Made by a program: the position numbers and the translations under genes
Assembly: GCA_965250285.1 (NCBI GenBank)
Contig: OZ252299.1
Coordinates: 5,664,001-5,728,000, forward strand
Direction of reading: 5' to 3'
Length of the DNA: 64,000 nucleotides
DNA from: Myxococcota bacterium
GTDB taxonomy: Bacteria; Myxococcota_A; UBA9160; UBA4427
The notes under the pieces: model-generated
What the model saw: only the letters and a program-made list of their open reading frames with translations
Database searches by the model: none
What the model was told of the DNA's origin: nothing
In this document: positions 30,146 through 41,800 of the stretch, one piece after another
Layout: every line of letters begins with the position of its first letter
Numbering within the stretch: the stretch's first letter is position 1

Positions 30146-31009
30146 ATGTCGTTCCCCAGCGAGGACGCTCCGCCCATGTCCGAACACGGCGCGCTCAGCG
30201 AGAAGGACGTCGTGGCCCGCATCAATCGGTACTCCGGCCTGCGCTCGGTCGAGCGCGCGCTGAGTCCGTCGGTGCGCCGTCGTCTGCCGCTGGCCCAGGC
30301 GGGCCAACGTCACGACGTGCTGGTTCGGCTCCAGCGTCTGCTCGACGCCGTGCTGTCGAAGGGCGCCCGCACCGAGGGGGCCGTCGATCTCGAGGCCCTG
30401 TACGCGGTCGATGCCGAGCTCACGGCGCTGGGCGAGCACCTGGCCGCGACGCTGCGCCGAACGACGCTCGCCCAGTTTCGCGCCACGCTCCCCGACGTGG
30501 TGCAGGCCCACCGCGGCGACGCGGTCGCGCTGCTCGACTTCTGGCTCGAGGAGATGCGGCTCGACGAAGATCCGCTTCACCTCGTCGACTATCTGATCAC
30601 GCTGCTCTCGACCGACGAGGTCGATGGGCAGTTCACGGTCGTGACCGACCCGGCCGCGGTGAGCGAAGGCGTTCACCGGGCCGTCGAAGACCATCGGGCC
30701 GACGCTGCACCCCCCGAGGCCAAGCGCGCCCAGGACGTGGCCTCGACGTTACGAGCGGCGTCGATCGACGTGCTGCACGCCGAAGAACTCGAGACGATCG
30801 TGACCGAGATGCGCGCGCTGAAGTCGGATGCGGCGAGCGTCTACTTCGACGTCGACGTGCTGCGAAGCGCCGTGCAGTACAACGCGACGGTCAAGAACCG
30901 CTTCGTCGCGTTGCTCGAGATCGACCGTGCGCACGACGTCGCGGTCGAGCGCACGCTCGAGGCGCTGCGCGCCCTCGACGGCCCGCTCGAAGATCCCGCC
31001 ACCGACTGA
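30146..31009 (+). CDS. Hypothetical all-helical protein
   Basis: 287-aa ORF with host codon usage and protein-like composition; no recognised motif. Confidence 0.7.
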   Translation: MSFPSEDAPPMSEHGALSEKDVVARINRYSGLRSVERALSPSVRRRLPLAQAGQRHDVLVRLQRLLDAVLSKGARTEGAVDLEALYAVDAELTALGEHLAATLRRTTLAQFRATLPDVVQAHRGDAVALLDFWLEEMRLDEDPLHLVDYLITLLSTDEVDGQFTVVTDPAAVSEGVHRAVEDHRADAAPPEAKRAQDVASTLRAASIDVLHAEELETIVTEMRALKSDAASVYFDVDVLRSAVQYNATVKNRFVALLEIDRAHDVAVERTLEALRALDGPLEDPATD

Positions 31010-31142
31010 AGAACCGCGCGCAGCTGCCGTCGATTCGCAACCCGGGCCCACGAACGCAAACGCGCCGACCGACCCGAAGGTCGATCGGCGCGTTCTTGGC
31101 GCTCGCAATCGGTTCGCCGCCCAGATCAGGGCAGCCGCGACC

Positions 31143-32594
<1,452 letters not shown>

Positions 32595-32702
32595 GGGATG
32601 CTCCTCGTGGACGCCCCGGCTCGGCGGAGCGCGTCGTTCGTTGGGGATGGGTGGGGGCCGTTCGAAGTGGGTGGCGTCGAGGCCTCCGCGTACGCCGAGA
32701 CC

Positions 32703-32724
32703 TTTATCCGTTTATGCGGATAAA
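32703..32724. promoter_or_regulatory. Palindromic operator TTTATCCG-N6-CGGATAAA upstream of ahcY
   Basis: Perfect 8-bp inverted arms, AT-rich in a 70% GC background, immediately downstream of the predicted -10. Confidence 0.75.
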
Positions 32725-32753
32725 CGAATACAAAGGATGAGCGGCGAGGTCAA
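32725..32753 (-). promoter_or_regulatory. Sigma70-like promoter of ahcY
   Basis: Minus strand TTGACC-N17-TATTCG. Confidence 0.65.
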
Positions 32754-32863
32754 CCCCTGGACGGCATTCCGCCCCCCGTATCCCCTTGGGGGGGGGTAGG
32801 GAGAGGGCATCGGAGGGATTCTCGGGATCCGGGCCCGGCCGCAGGCCCGGGCGCGGAGCGCGC

Positions 32864-33550
32864 TCAGATCAGCAGCCAGACGAGCAGCGCGCCGAAGACC
32901 GCGACGATGGCACCGGCGCCGATGGTGATGCGTCGCGCAAGCGTGTGCAGCGCGTCGGCGGTCTCTTCCTGGTTCGCCCGCATCACCGCGAGCTGGGCTC
33001 GCACCTCTTCGAGCCCCATCTGCTCCTCGAGCTCCCAGAGCCGAGTCAGATTGTGCTCGAACTCCTCGAGCCGTTCGTGCAGCGCTTTCTGCTCGCGCTC
33101 GAAGCGGCGCGTGAGGTGGTCGATGCGCTCGATGGCCGGCTTCAGCAGGTCTTTGGGGATCTCGACGCTCGGCGGCGGCGGCGCCGGCTCGGCCTGCGGA
33201 CGCACCATCGAGAGTCGCTTCCAGAACGGGCGGCGCTTGCCCTCCTCGACCGGGGCGGCCGGGTCGGGGCGCACGGCCGGTGTGGCGAGCGGCGCCGCCT
33301 TCGGCCGGGCTTCGTTCACGTCTTGCGGCGGCGACGGATCCGTGGCCCACTCCTCGCTCGCCGCCTCGACGATGGGGTCGAGTCGGCGACGCTCGGGGTT
33401 CGAGGTCGGCGCCTCGCTTCGTGGGTCGGCTGAGGGTTCGGTCCCGGTGTTGGATGCATCGGCCTTCGCGTCATCGGCGGCTTCGGGCCGGGGGCGCGCG
33501 TACCGGGACAGAGCCGGTACGGGCAGCGCCTCCGAGGGCTCCGAAACCTC
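32864..33550 (-). CDS. Hypothetical tail-anchored protein (Pro/Ala-rich linker, coiled coil, C-terminal TM)
   Basis: 3' part of ORF 32864..34843; heptad-rich region then ITIGAGAIVAVFGALLVWLLI-stop; start not resolved. Confidence 0.6.
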   Translation of the reverse strand, partial: EVSEPSEALPVPALSRYARPRPEAADDAKADASNTGTEPSADPRSEAPTSNPERRRLDPIVEAASEEWATDPSPPQDVNEARPKAAPLATPAVRPDPAAPVEEGKRRPFWKRLSMVRPQAEPAPPPPSVEIPKDLLKPAIERIDHLTRRFEREQKALHERLEEFEHNLTRLWELEEQMGLEEVRAQLAVMRANQEETADALHTLARRITIGAGAIVAVFGALLVWLLI

Positions 33551-33676
33551 GAATCGTGAAGCGTTGTCAGTGGGTTGCGCCAACGGGGGGCTCCTGGGCT
33601 GCGTCGAGGCTAGCCCGAATGATTCGACCGCGCCCCGCCGCGAACCGCTGGCCTTTGCGGCCTTTCGACGAACCAC

Positions 33677-34426
33677 ATGGAGATGAACATGGAGAGACGG
33701 CTCGCCCTCGAGGGCTGCTTCAACTTTCGTGATCTGGGGGGCTATCCCACCGCTGACGGGCAGAGGATCGCCTGGCGTCGACTGTTTCGCAGCGACGGCC
33801 TGCACGCCCTCACGCCCGGCGATGTCGAGCTGTTGCTCGGAGACGCGGTCGGGCTGTCGGACGTGATCGACCTGCGCTCGACCGCCGAGCTCGAGAGCGA
33901 GGGGCGGGGGCCGCTCGAGGCCACCCCGACCTCGTTCCACCACACGCCGCTCTTCGACGGCGCCGCGAGCGCGGGAAGGAGCATGGCGGCCGACATGAGT
34001 CTCGCCGAGCGCTACTTCGGATTGCTCGAGATCGCGATGGATCCGATCGCACGCATCGTCGGTGTGGTCGCCGATGCCGAGGGCGCGTCGGTCTATCACT
34101 GTGCGGCGGGCAAGGATCGCACTGGCGTGATCTCGGCCGTGCTGCTCGGTCTGCTCGGCGTCGCCGACGAGGTGGTCGTCGCCGACTATGCGCTCACGCG
34201 CGAGAACCTCGATGCGATCCTCGACCGGTTGAGCTCGCTCGAGGGCTACAAGGACATGCTCGACACGCTGCCGCCCGACACCCACCACGCCCACCCCGAG
34301 ACGATGGCCGAGCTGATCGAGCGTGTGGGCGATCGTTGGGGCGGGTTCGAGGGCTACGTGCGCGAGGCGGGCGTCGATGCGACGACACTCGAGAAGCTGC
34401 GCGCCCGGGTGCTCGAAGCGGCCTGA
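33677..34426 (+). CDS. Tyrosine-protein phosphatase (Y_phosphatase3 family)
   Basis: NFRDLGG, LFRS, IDLRS..E, HCAAGKDRTG, DY.LT. Confidence 0.92.
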   Translation: MEMNMERRLALEGCFNFRDLGGYPTADGQRIAWRRLFRSDGLHALTPGDVELLLGDAVGLSDVIDLRSTAELESEGRGPLEATPTSFHHTPLFDGAASAGRSMAADMSLAERYFGLLEIAMDPIARIVGVVADAEGASVYHCAAGKDRTGVISAVLLGLLGVADEVVVADYALTRENLDAILDRLSSLEGYKDMLDTLPPDTHHAHPETMAELIERVGDRWGGFEGYVREAGVDATTLEKLRARVLEAA

Positions 34427-34550
34427 GCGTCGATCCGGTCGGTCGTTCCGCCCCGATTCACCGTGCTCGCTGCGGGTGATCGCGGCGGTGAACCGACTAT
34501 GATTGACGCCCTTTTGCAGACCTCCACATTTCGAAACGAAGGACCCCCAC

Positions 34551-35321
34551 ATGGAAATCGAAGGCGCATCGGCCGTCGTCACCGGCGGTGCATCGGGCAT
34601 CGGCGAAGCCAGCGCGCGACGCCTCTCGGTGCTGGGCGCAAAGCCCGTCATCGCAGACCTCAACGAAGAGAAGGGCAAGGCGATCGCCGACGAGCTCGGC
34701 GGCACGTTCGTGAAGTGCGACGTGACGCAGACCGACCAGAACCAGGCGGCCGTCGACGCGGCCCTCGAGCTGGGTCCGCTGCGCGCCGTGGTGAACGCGG
34801 CGGGCATCGGCAACGCGAACCGCACGGTGAACCGCGAAGGCAACCCCTTCCCCCTCGATCAGTATGAGTTCGTGATCAAGGTCAACCTGATCGGCACCTT
34901 CGACATGACGCGCCTCGCCGCTGCGGCGATGTCGAAGCAGGAGCCGGTCGACGCCGACGGGCAGCGCGGCGCCATCGTCAACATCGCAAGCGTCGCGGCG
35001 TTCGACGGCCAGATCGGCCAGGCCGCCTACTCGTCGTCGAAGGGCGGCGTGGTCGGCATGACGCTGCCGGTCGCACGCGACCTCTCGGCGCTCGGGATCC
35101 GCCTCAACTGCATCGCCCCCGGTCTGATCGACACCCCGATCTACGGCTCGGGCGAGGGCAGCGACGCGTTCAAGGCGAACCTCGGCCGCAACGTGCTCTT
35201 CCCCAAGCGGCTGGGCGTGTCGACCGAGCTGGCTTCGATGGTCGGCGAGCTGATCGTCAACGATTACATGAACGCCGAGGTCATCCGCGTAGATGGCGGC
35301 ATTCGGATGCCCCCGAAGTAG
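34551..35321 (+). CDS. SDR, 3-hydroxyacyl-CoA dehydrogenase type II (HSD10-like)
   Basis: TGGASGIG, ASVAAFDGQIGQAAYSSSKGG, MTLPVARDL, IRVDGGIRM. Confidence 0.92.
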   Translation: MEIEGASAVVTGGASGIGEASARRLSVLGAKPVIADLNEEKGKAIADELGGTFVKCDVTQTDQNQAAVDAALELGPLRAVVNAAGIGNANRTVNREGNPFPLDQYEFVIKVNLIGTFDMTRLAAAAMSKQEPVDADGQRGAIVNIASVAAFDGQIGQAAYSSSKGGVVGMTLPVARDLSALGIRLNCIAPGLIDTPIYGSGEGSDAFKANLGRNVLFPKRLGVSTELASMVGELIVNDYMNAEVIRVDGGIRMPPK

Positions 35322-35325
35322 AGAT

Positions 35326-35416
35326 CCAAGCCGTTGGAGCAGACAGCGCTTTGCGCTGCAGCTCAACGGCTTGGCGGCCGCAAGCGGAGCTTGCGGCCTT
35401 CGCGTTCTTGCGAGGG
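35326..35416. other. Three consecutive stem-loops in an intergenic region
   Basis: ccaagccgtt..aacggcttgg (35326-35374), ggccgcaagc-gga-gcttgcggcc (35376-35398), ccttcgcg..tgcgaggg. Confidence 0.7.
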
Positions 35417-35445
35417 GTGCCTTTTGGGGATGGGAGTGAGTTGGG

Positions 35446-36198
35446 ATGGCAGATGAAGTCTTGATCGAGGATCGGGGGCGGGTTCGGGTGATCACGCTCA
35501 ACCGGCCCGAGGCGAAGAACTCGGTGAACAATGCGCTGGGTGAGGCGCTCGTCGCCGCGATCGAAGAGCTCGACTCGAACGAGGGGTTGACCGCGGGTGT
35601 GCTCACCGGTGCGGGGGGTGGCTTCAGCGCGGGGATGGATCTCAAGGCGTTCGCGAAGGAGGGGCCGCCGGCCTCGTTCGGCAAGTTTCTTCGCGCGGGG
35701 GCTCAGAAGCCGCTGATCGCGGCGGTCGAGGGCTTCGCGCTCGCTGGGGGGCTCGAGATCGCTCTGAGTTGTGACCTGATCGTGGCCGCGAAGGGTGTGA
35801 AGCTCGGCATTCCCGAGGTGAACAAGGGGCTCTTTGCGGCGGGCGGCGGGCTGTTCCGTCTGCCGGCCCGCGTCGGTTACGGCAAGGCGATGGAGATGGC
35901 ACTGACGTCGGATCCGATCCTCGCCGAAGAGGCGGCCGAGATCGGGCTCGTCGCACGGCTCGCCGAGCAGGGCGAGGCGGCGAACGTCGCGATCGAGCTG
36001 GCCGAGCGGATCGCCAAGAACGCGCCGTTGGCCGTTGCGGCGAGCAAGCAGGTGATCCGCGATACGCAGGGGCTCACCGAAGACGAAGCATGGAAGATGC
36101 AGGGACCGCTCCAGGGCAAGGTCTTCACCAGCGAAGACGCGAAGGAAGGCCCCCGCGCCTTCGCCGAGAAGCGCGAGCCGAACTGGTCGGGCCGCTAG
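35446..36198 (+). CDS. Crotonase/enoyl-CoA hydratase
   Basis: LNRPEAKN, FSAGMDL, KPLIAAVEG.ALAGG.E, GIPEV, EGPRAFAEKR. Confidence 0.94.
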   Translation: MADEVLIEDRGRVRVITLNRPEAKNSVNNALGEALVAAIEELDSNEGLTAGVLTGAGGGFSAGMDLKAFAKEGPPASFGKFLRAGAQKPLIAAVEGFALAGGLEIALSCDLIVAAKGVKLGIPEVNKGLFAAGGGLFRLPARVGYGKAMEMALTSDPILAEEAAEIGLVARLAEQGEAANVAIELAERIAKNAPLAVAASKQVIRDTQGLTEDEAWKMQGPLQGKVFTSEDAKEGPRAFAEKREPNWSGR

Positions 36199-36324
36199 GC
36201 TCGAGAGCGATTCATCCCGCGCCCGGGGCGACGGCCCCGCGGCGCCGGCTTGTCATGGTCCGCTTGTCGGCTTTCCGCGGCGCGGGCGGATCGCCGTCTG
36301 CGTGTCTGCTTCGCGCGGCGAGCC

Positions 36325-37272
36325 TCAGGCGTCGGGCAACACCGACCCGAGCTCGTCGGGGCCGAACTCGTAGGCGCGGCCGCAGAACTCGCACTTCACC
36401 TCCTGTGTGACGCCGTCGCGCACCATCTCACGAAGCTCTTCGCGACCGAGCAGCTGCAGGGAGCGGTGCGCGCGCTTGCGCGTGCAGGGGCAGTAGAAGA
36501 TCGGCGCCTCCTGGTGCCGCTCGCGGCCGCCGACCCCGTCGAGCAGCAGGTCGAGCAGGTCGTGGGCCTCGATCCCGGCCTGGACGAGGCGCGAGAGCGG
36601 CGGCACGTTGCGCACGTTCCGCTCGATGAGCGCGACCTCCTCGGGGTCGGCGTCGGGCAGCTGCTGCACCAGGAACCCGGCGCTCGAGACGACGTGCGCA
36701 CCCGCCCCGATGAAGACGCCCAGGCCCATGGCAGACGGCGTCTGTTCGCTCTCGGCGAGGTAGAGCGTGAGGTCGCCCGCGATCTCGCCCGACGTGAGCG
36801 GCACGGTGCCCGAGTAGGGCTGACCGACCCCGGGGCGATGCCGGATCACCGAGATCGAGCCGAGCCCGATCGCACGGGCCACATCGGGCTGGCCATTGCC
36901 GAGCCGGAGATCGGACGCCGGATTGCTGACGGTGCCGCGCACGCGTCCCTGAGCATCCGAGATCGCCACGATCTGCCCGAGCTCGCCTTGCCCGCGGATC
37001 TGTACCTGCACCTGCTCGTCTTGTCGCAAGTCGTCGGCGTCGATGCGTTCGTCTTCCCCCGGCGACACCGCCAGCAGCACCGTGCCCATCAGGGCGCGGC
37101 CGAGCGCGTCGGCGGCGGTGCCGGCCATCGGGCGCCGATCGAGGGCCGCCTCGAGCAGCGGCCCGCCGAGGAGCGCGCGCACGGCGACGCCTCCTCCGGC
37201 AGACAGGGTCCGGACGAGCACACCGGGCCGGGCATCGGTCGGCGCGTCGAAGGTCGGGTCGGTTTCGGTCAA
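36325..37272 (-). CDS. hslO: Hsp33 redox-regulated chaperone
   Basis: ALGRAL, G.G.LG, SGEIAGD..YL..SEQ.PS, GF.VQ.LP, CxC (CPC) and CxxC (CEFC) zinc motif; TTG start inferred. Confidence 0.92.
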   Translation of the reverse strand: MTETDPTFDAPTDARPGVLVRTLSAGGGVAVRALLGGPLLEAALDRRPMAGTAADALGRALMGTVLLAVSPGEDERIDADDLRQDEQVQVQIRGQGELGQIVAISDAQGRVRGTVSNPASDLRLGNGQPDVARAIGLGSISVIRHRPGVGQPYSGTVPLTSGEIAGDLTLYLAESEQTPSAMGLGVFIGAGAHVVSSAGFLVQQLPDADPEEVALIERNVRNVPPLSRLVQAGIEAHDLLDLLLDGVGGRERHQEAPIFYCPCTRKRAHRSLQLLGREELREMVRDGVTQEVKCEFCGRAYEFGPDELGSVLPDA

Positions 37273-37473
37273 GGTCGGGCCAGAGGGTCGGGGTGGGTCG
37301 GGATCGGACGCACGCGCGGGTCGCCCGCGTGTCGAGCGGGCAGGAGCATAGCGGGCCGCGCGTTTCGCCCCTTGTTCGGCTCGCCCCGAAGGCGCAGGAT
37401 CGGGTGGTGGCGCGCGTCGAGGCGTGCCGGGGCGTCTCTTCCGGGGCGGCGCCCCGCACAGGGGGAGACGAAC

Positions 37474-38847
37474 ATGGAGCCTGCGCGGCTCGTCTTCTGC
37501 GGCGATCTCCACCTCGGCAAGCGGCCGAGCGCGCTGCCCGCTGCGCTCGGCGATCACGGACTGTCACCGCGTGACCTCGGCCCCGCCGCCGTCTGGCGTG
37601 CCACGGTCGAGCACGCGCTCGAAGAACGCGCCCACGCCGTCGTGCTCGCCGGGGATGTCGTCGACCGACCCGATGACCGCTTCGAAGCGGGTCGCGTGCT
37701 CGAATCGGGCATCGCGCGTCTGGTCGAAGCCGGGATCCCGGTGCTCGCGGTCGTCGGCAACCATGACGTCGATGCGCTGCCGCGGGTCGCGAACGCCATC
37801 CCCGACTTTCGCCTCATCGGTCGAGGCGGGCAGTGGGAGTCGGTCACGATCGAGCGCGCGGGGGTCGTGCCCTGCCGGCTCGTCGGCTGGTCGTTCCCGA
37901 GCGCCATCGTCGATCGCAGCCCGCTCGCCTCGTTCGACGCGGGATCAGCGGCGCGCGACGTCGCTTCGATCGGCGTCCTGCACTGCGACCTCGACGCGGC
38001 CGGCAGTCCGTATGCGCCCGTGCGTCGCAGCGAGCTGATCGACGCCGGGCTCGATGCCTGGATGCTCGGTCACGTGCACAAGCCGGCCGCGCTCGATAGG
38101 GAGCCGCTCGGCTATCTCGGTTCGATGGTCGGGCTCGACGCGGGTGAGCCCGGTGTACGCGGCCCCTGGCTCGTCGAAGTCGAGGGGCCCGGGCGCGTGC
38201 GCGCGCGCCACGTGCCGCTCGCGCCGGTGCGCTACGAGACGATCGACTGCTCGCTCGACGGTCTGCTCGAGGGCGACCGCGCCGACGTCGAAGACGAGTT
38301 CGCCGCGCGGATCGACGCATCGCTCGCCGCGCTCCACCAGCAGCTCGACCGGGGGGCGATGCTCGGTCGCGGCCGAGCGCGGGTCGTCGTCGCTCGGGTC
38401 CGCGTGCGGGGCAAGGAGCGCCATCGCGCTGCCGTTCGGCGCATGCTCTTCGACCCGCGCTTCGAGGGGCCCCGGCCGATCGAACAGACACTCTTCGTCG
38501 TCGAGAAGATCGTCGAGCCGGTCGTGCCCGACCTCGATCTCGACGCGCTCGCCGAGCGCGCCGACGCGCCGGGTCTGCTCGCGCGTCGGCTCGTGCAGCT
38601 GCGTGACGGCGACGCGGCGATCCGCCCCGTCGTCGAGCGAGCGCGAATCGCGTTCGAGGTCGTCGCGAACGAGTCGCGCTTCCAACCGCTCGAGCCGCCG
38701 CCCTGGCACCGTGACGCGCCGGCGAGCGCAGCGGGGGTCGAGGGAGAGCGCGTCGAGGCGATCCTGCTGCGCGCCGGGACGCGCGAGCTCGAAGGGCTGC
38801 TCGGCCAGGAGGCCACGCGCGACGCGTCGCCGGAGGCTGCACCGTGA
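37474..38847 (+). CDS. SbcD/Mre11-like DNA repair exonuclease (YhaO-like)
   Basis: GDLHLG, AGDVVD, GNHD, LH, LGHVH metallophosphoesterase motifs; GGAGA RBS. Confidence 0.88.
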   Translation: MEPARLVFCGDLHLGKRPSALPAALGDHGLSPRDLGPAAVWRATVEHALEERAHAVVLAGDVVDRPDDRFEAGRVLESGIARLVEAGIPVLAVVGNHDVDALPRVANAIPDFRLIGRGGQWESVTIERAGVVPCRLVGWSFPSAIVDRSPLASFDAGSAARDVASIGVLHCDLDAAGSPYAPVRRSELIDAGLDAWMLGHVHKPAALDREPLGYLGSMVGLDAGEPGVRGPWLVEVEGPGRVRARHVPLAPVRYETIDCSLDGLLEGDRADVEDEFAARIDASLAALHQQLDRGAMLGRGRARVVVARVRVRGKERHRAAVRRMLFDPRFEGPRPIEQTLFVVEKIVEPVVPDLDLDALAERADAPGLLARRLVQLRDGDAAIRPVVERARIAFEVVANESRFQPLEPPPWHRDAPASAAGVEGERVEAILLRAGTRELEGLLGQEATRDASPEAAP

Positions 38848-41800
38848 AGCTCGTCTCCGTCTGGGTCCGGCGGGCGCCCGGTCTCGACAAGGGCGTCGAG
38901 GAGCGACGCTTCACGTCGGGTCTGAACGTCGTGTTCGGCCCGAACGAATCGGGCAAGAGCACGCTCGCGCGCGCGATTCAGGACACGCTCTGGCCGGCGA
39001 AGAAGCGCCCGGCCCGAATCGTCGACGTCGAGACGCGATGGGAGCACGAGGGGGCGCAGTGGACCGCGCGTCACGACGGCGTGACGACCTGGGCACGTGA
39101 GGGCGAGGTCGGGCCAGCGCCGACGATCCCGGGCGCCGAGTACCGCGCGGCCTACCGGCTGCATCTGCGCGACCTGATCGCCGGAGAGGGCGAGAGCGAC
39201 GATGTGTTCGCGCGGCGCATTCGGTCGACGCTCGATGGGGGCTTCGACCTGAGCCCGCGCGCCCAGTCGACGCCGCGTCGCAGTCGCCGGCACGGGCGCA
39301 GCGACGGCCAGGCCCTTCGAGATGCCCAGCGCCAGCGAAGCGTGCTCGAAGGCGAGCGACAGAGTCTCGCGCGATCGGTCGAAGGACTCGGCGCGCGCGA
39401 AGCCGAGCAGTCGGCCGCGGAGGCCGAGCGGAACGATGCGGCGGCGCTGGCGAACGTACAGAGCTGGCACGACGCGCGGCGCGAGTGGCGAGAAGCCGAC
39501 GAGTGGCTGCGCGCGGACGACACGCCCGAGTCGTTCGGCGGCGAGGCCTTGCGCGAGCTCGACCGGGTCGAGACGGCGATCGCGAACGAGACGCGCGCGC
39601 TCGCCGACCTCGACGCCGAGATCGATGCTGCGCAGTCACGACTCGTGTCGACCGGGCTCGAAGGGCGGGTGCCTTCGTCGGCCGAGCTCGAGGCCTGGGC
39701 CGAATCGAGTCTCCGCGCGGTCGCGCAATCGCGCGAGCTCGAGCGGCTTCGGCGCGAAGAAGAGGGGGCGGCCGCGCGGGCGCGACAGGCGGCCGCCGAT
39801 GCCGGTGTGATCGAGGTGTCGCCTCCGCTGTTCGCCCCGTCACGGGAGGAGACGGCCCAGCTGGCGCAGTGGCTCGACGGCCGCGAGCGCCTGGCGGCCG
39901 AGCAGCGTGACCTCGATGCGAGGCTGCGCAATCAGGTCGAGCAGCGGGCCCGCGCCGCGTTCGACGATCCCTTCGAGGGGGTGGAGGACGACGCGCTCGT
40001 GCAGGCGCGCGGGCTCGTCGTCGCGTACCTGCGAGCGAACGGGGCACGCGGCAGCGCATGGCTCGGTCTGGTGGCGGCGCCGGTGGCCGTGCTGCCGATG
40101 TTCTCGGCGCGCTGGCCCGAGCTGCCGCCCTGGGCCTTGCCGGTGGCGATCGGCGTGGGCGCCGTCGTCGGCGTCGGGTTGACCGATTGGATCGTTCGGC
40201 GTCACGCATTTCGTGCGCTGCGTCGCGAGCTCGCGGCGCTCGGAGTCGAGTCGGAGGTGGCCGCTGCCGCCGAGCTGCTCGATGCACTCGACGACACGGT
40301 GCGGGCACGGCGCTCGCTGGCCGAAGCCGAGTCGACGCATCGCGCACTCGTCGCCCAGGCCGATGCGCTCGGCGAACGCGCCGCGGCCCTCGAGCCGGTG
40401 CGCGCCGACCTGGTCGCGCGACTCGATCTCGCGACCGACGTCGACGATCTGACCCTCGTCGAGGCCGCGCGCCGCTTCGCCGAGTTGCGGCTGGCGCAAC
40501 AGGCCTGGGCCGAGGCGAAGGGCGAACGCGAGGCGACCGAGACCGAGCGCGACGAAGGGGTCATGGCGCTTCGGTCGGCGCTGGCCCCCTGGCTGCGGGG
40601 TGAAGCGCCGAGCCTCGAAGCGCAGGCCGACGAGCGCGACGCCGATGCGCTCGCCGCCGCGCTGGCCGATCTGCGTGCGCGCATCACCGATGCGAAGGCG
40701 GCCAGCGCCGCGCTCGCCGGAGCCGAGCGGCAGCGGTCCCTCGCCGTCGAGCGTCGCGCGGGCGTGCGCCGCGAGCGCGATGCGCTGATCGGTGGGCTCG
40801 GCGTCGAGTCGCTCGACGCCGTGCAGGTGCGTGCGCGCGTCGCCGCCTGGGAGGAGCGCTGGCCCGTGCGCGTGCGGCGTCAGCAGACGCGCAGCGACGC
40901 GGCGGCGCGCATGAACGGGCTCGAGGCGGCGCTCGGCGAACGGCGGGGGCTCCTCGAACTCGATCTGGAGGAGGTGCGCCGCCGACGCGAGGCCGCCGAG
41001 GCGGCGGCCGCGCGCGTCGCCGAGATCGCCCGGACCATCGGCGAGGTGCGGGGGGCGGCGCAGGCCGCCGAGCACAGCCACGATCTCGAGGCCGCGTCGG
41101 CGGCGGTCGACGCCGCGACCGAGGCGCTCGCTGCGCGGCGTCGCGAGGTGATCGATGACGTCGCCGCGCGCTTCATGCTCGAGGAGGTGAGCGCCGACAT
41201 CGACCGCGATCAGCGGCCCGAGGTGCTTCAGCGCGCCGCCGATCTCTTCGAGCGCTTCACCGGTCACCGGTATGCGCTGCATGTCGACGACGACGATGCC
41301 GGGGGCGCCCGCTTCATGGCGATCGATCACGGGTCGGGGCGCGCGAAGCCGCTCGCCGAGCTCTCCGACGGCACGCGCATGCAGCTGCTGCTCGCAGCGC
41401 GGCTGGCCTTCGTGCACGAAGGCGAGGCGCTCGTGCATCCGCCGCTGATCCTCGACGAAGCGCTCTCGTCGAGCGACGCGGAGCGCATGCGTCAGGTGAC
41501 CGATGCGCTCGCGCAGGAGGTCGAGCGCGGTCGTCAGGTCTTCTACATGACGAACGACGCGGGCGACGTCGCCATTTGGCGCGCCGCGTGCGAGCGCGCC
41601 GGGCTCCCCGCGCCGAACGTCATTCGTCTCGACGCGCCGGCGTCGGCCGAGCAGGATTCGGTCTGGCATGCGCTGCCCGAGCCGATCGAGCGCGCCCCCG
41701 TGCCCGCGCCCGGCGGCCTCAATGCATCGCAGTACGCAGCACGGCTGCGGGTGCCGCCGCCCGACGCCTGGGCGCCGATCGGCGAGATCCATCTCTTTCA

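Noticed and set aside
32595..32700. SAH/SAM riboswitch upstream of ahcY
   Set aside because: No recognisable consensus by eye; the DNA palindrome explains regulation better. An Rfam scan would settle it.
32788..32796. G9 homopolymer as a phase-variation tract
   Set aside because: Outside the predicted promoter spacer and any CDS; pairs with a nearby C-run as an ordinary hairpin.
36250..37473. Apparent long N-terminal extension of the SbcD-like nuclease
   Set aside because: Antisense to hslO; an RBS and ATG at 37474 mark the start.
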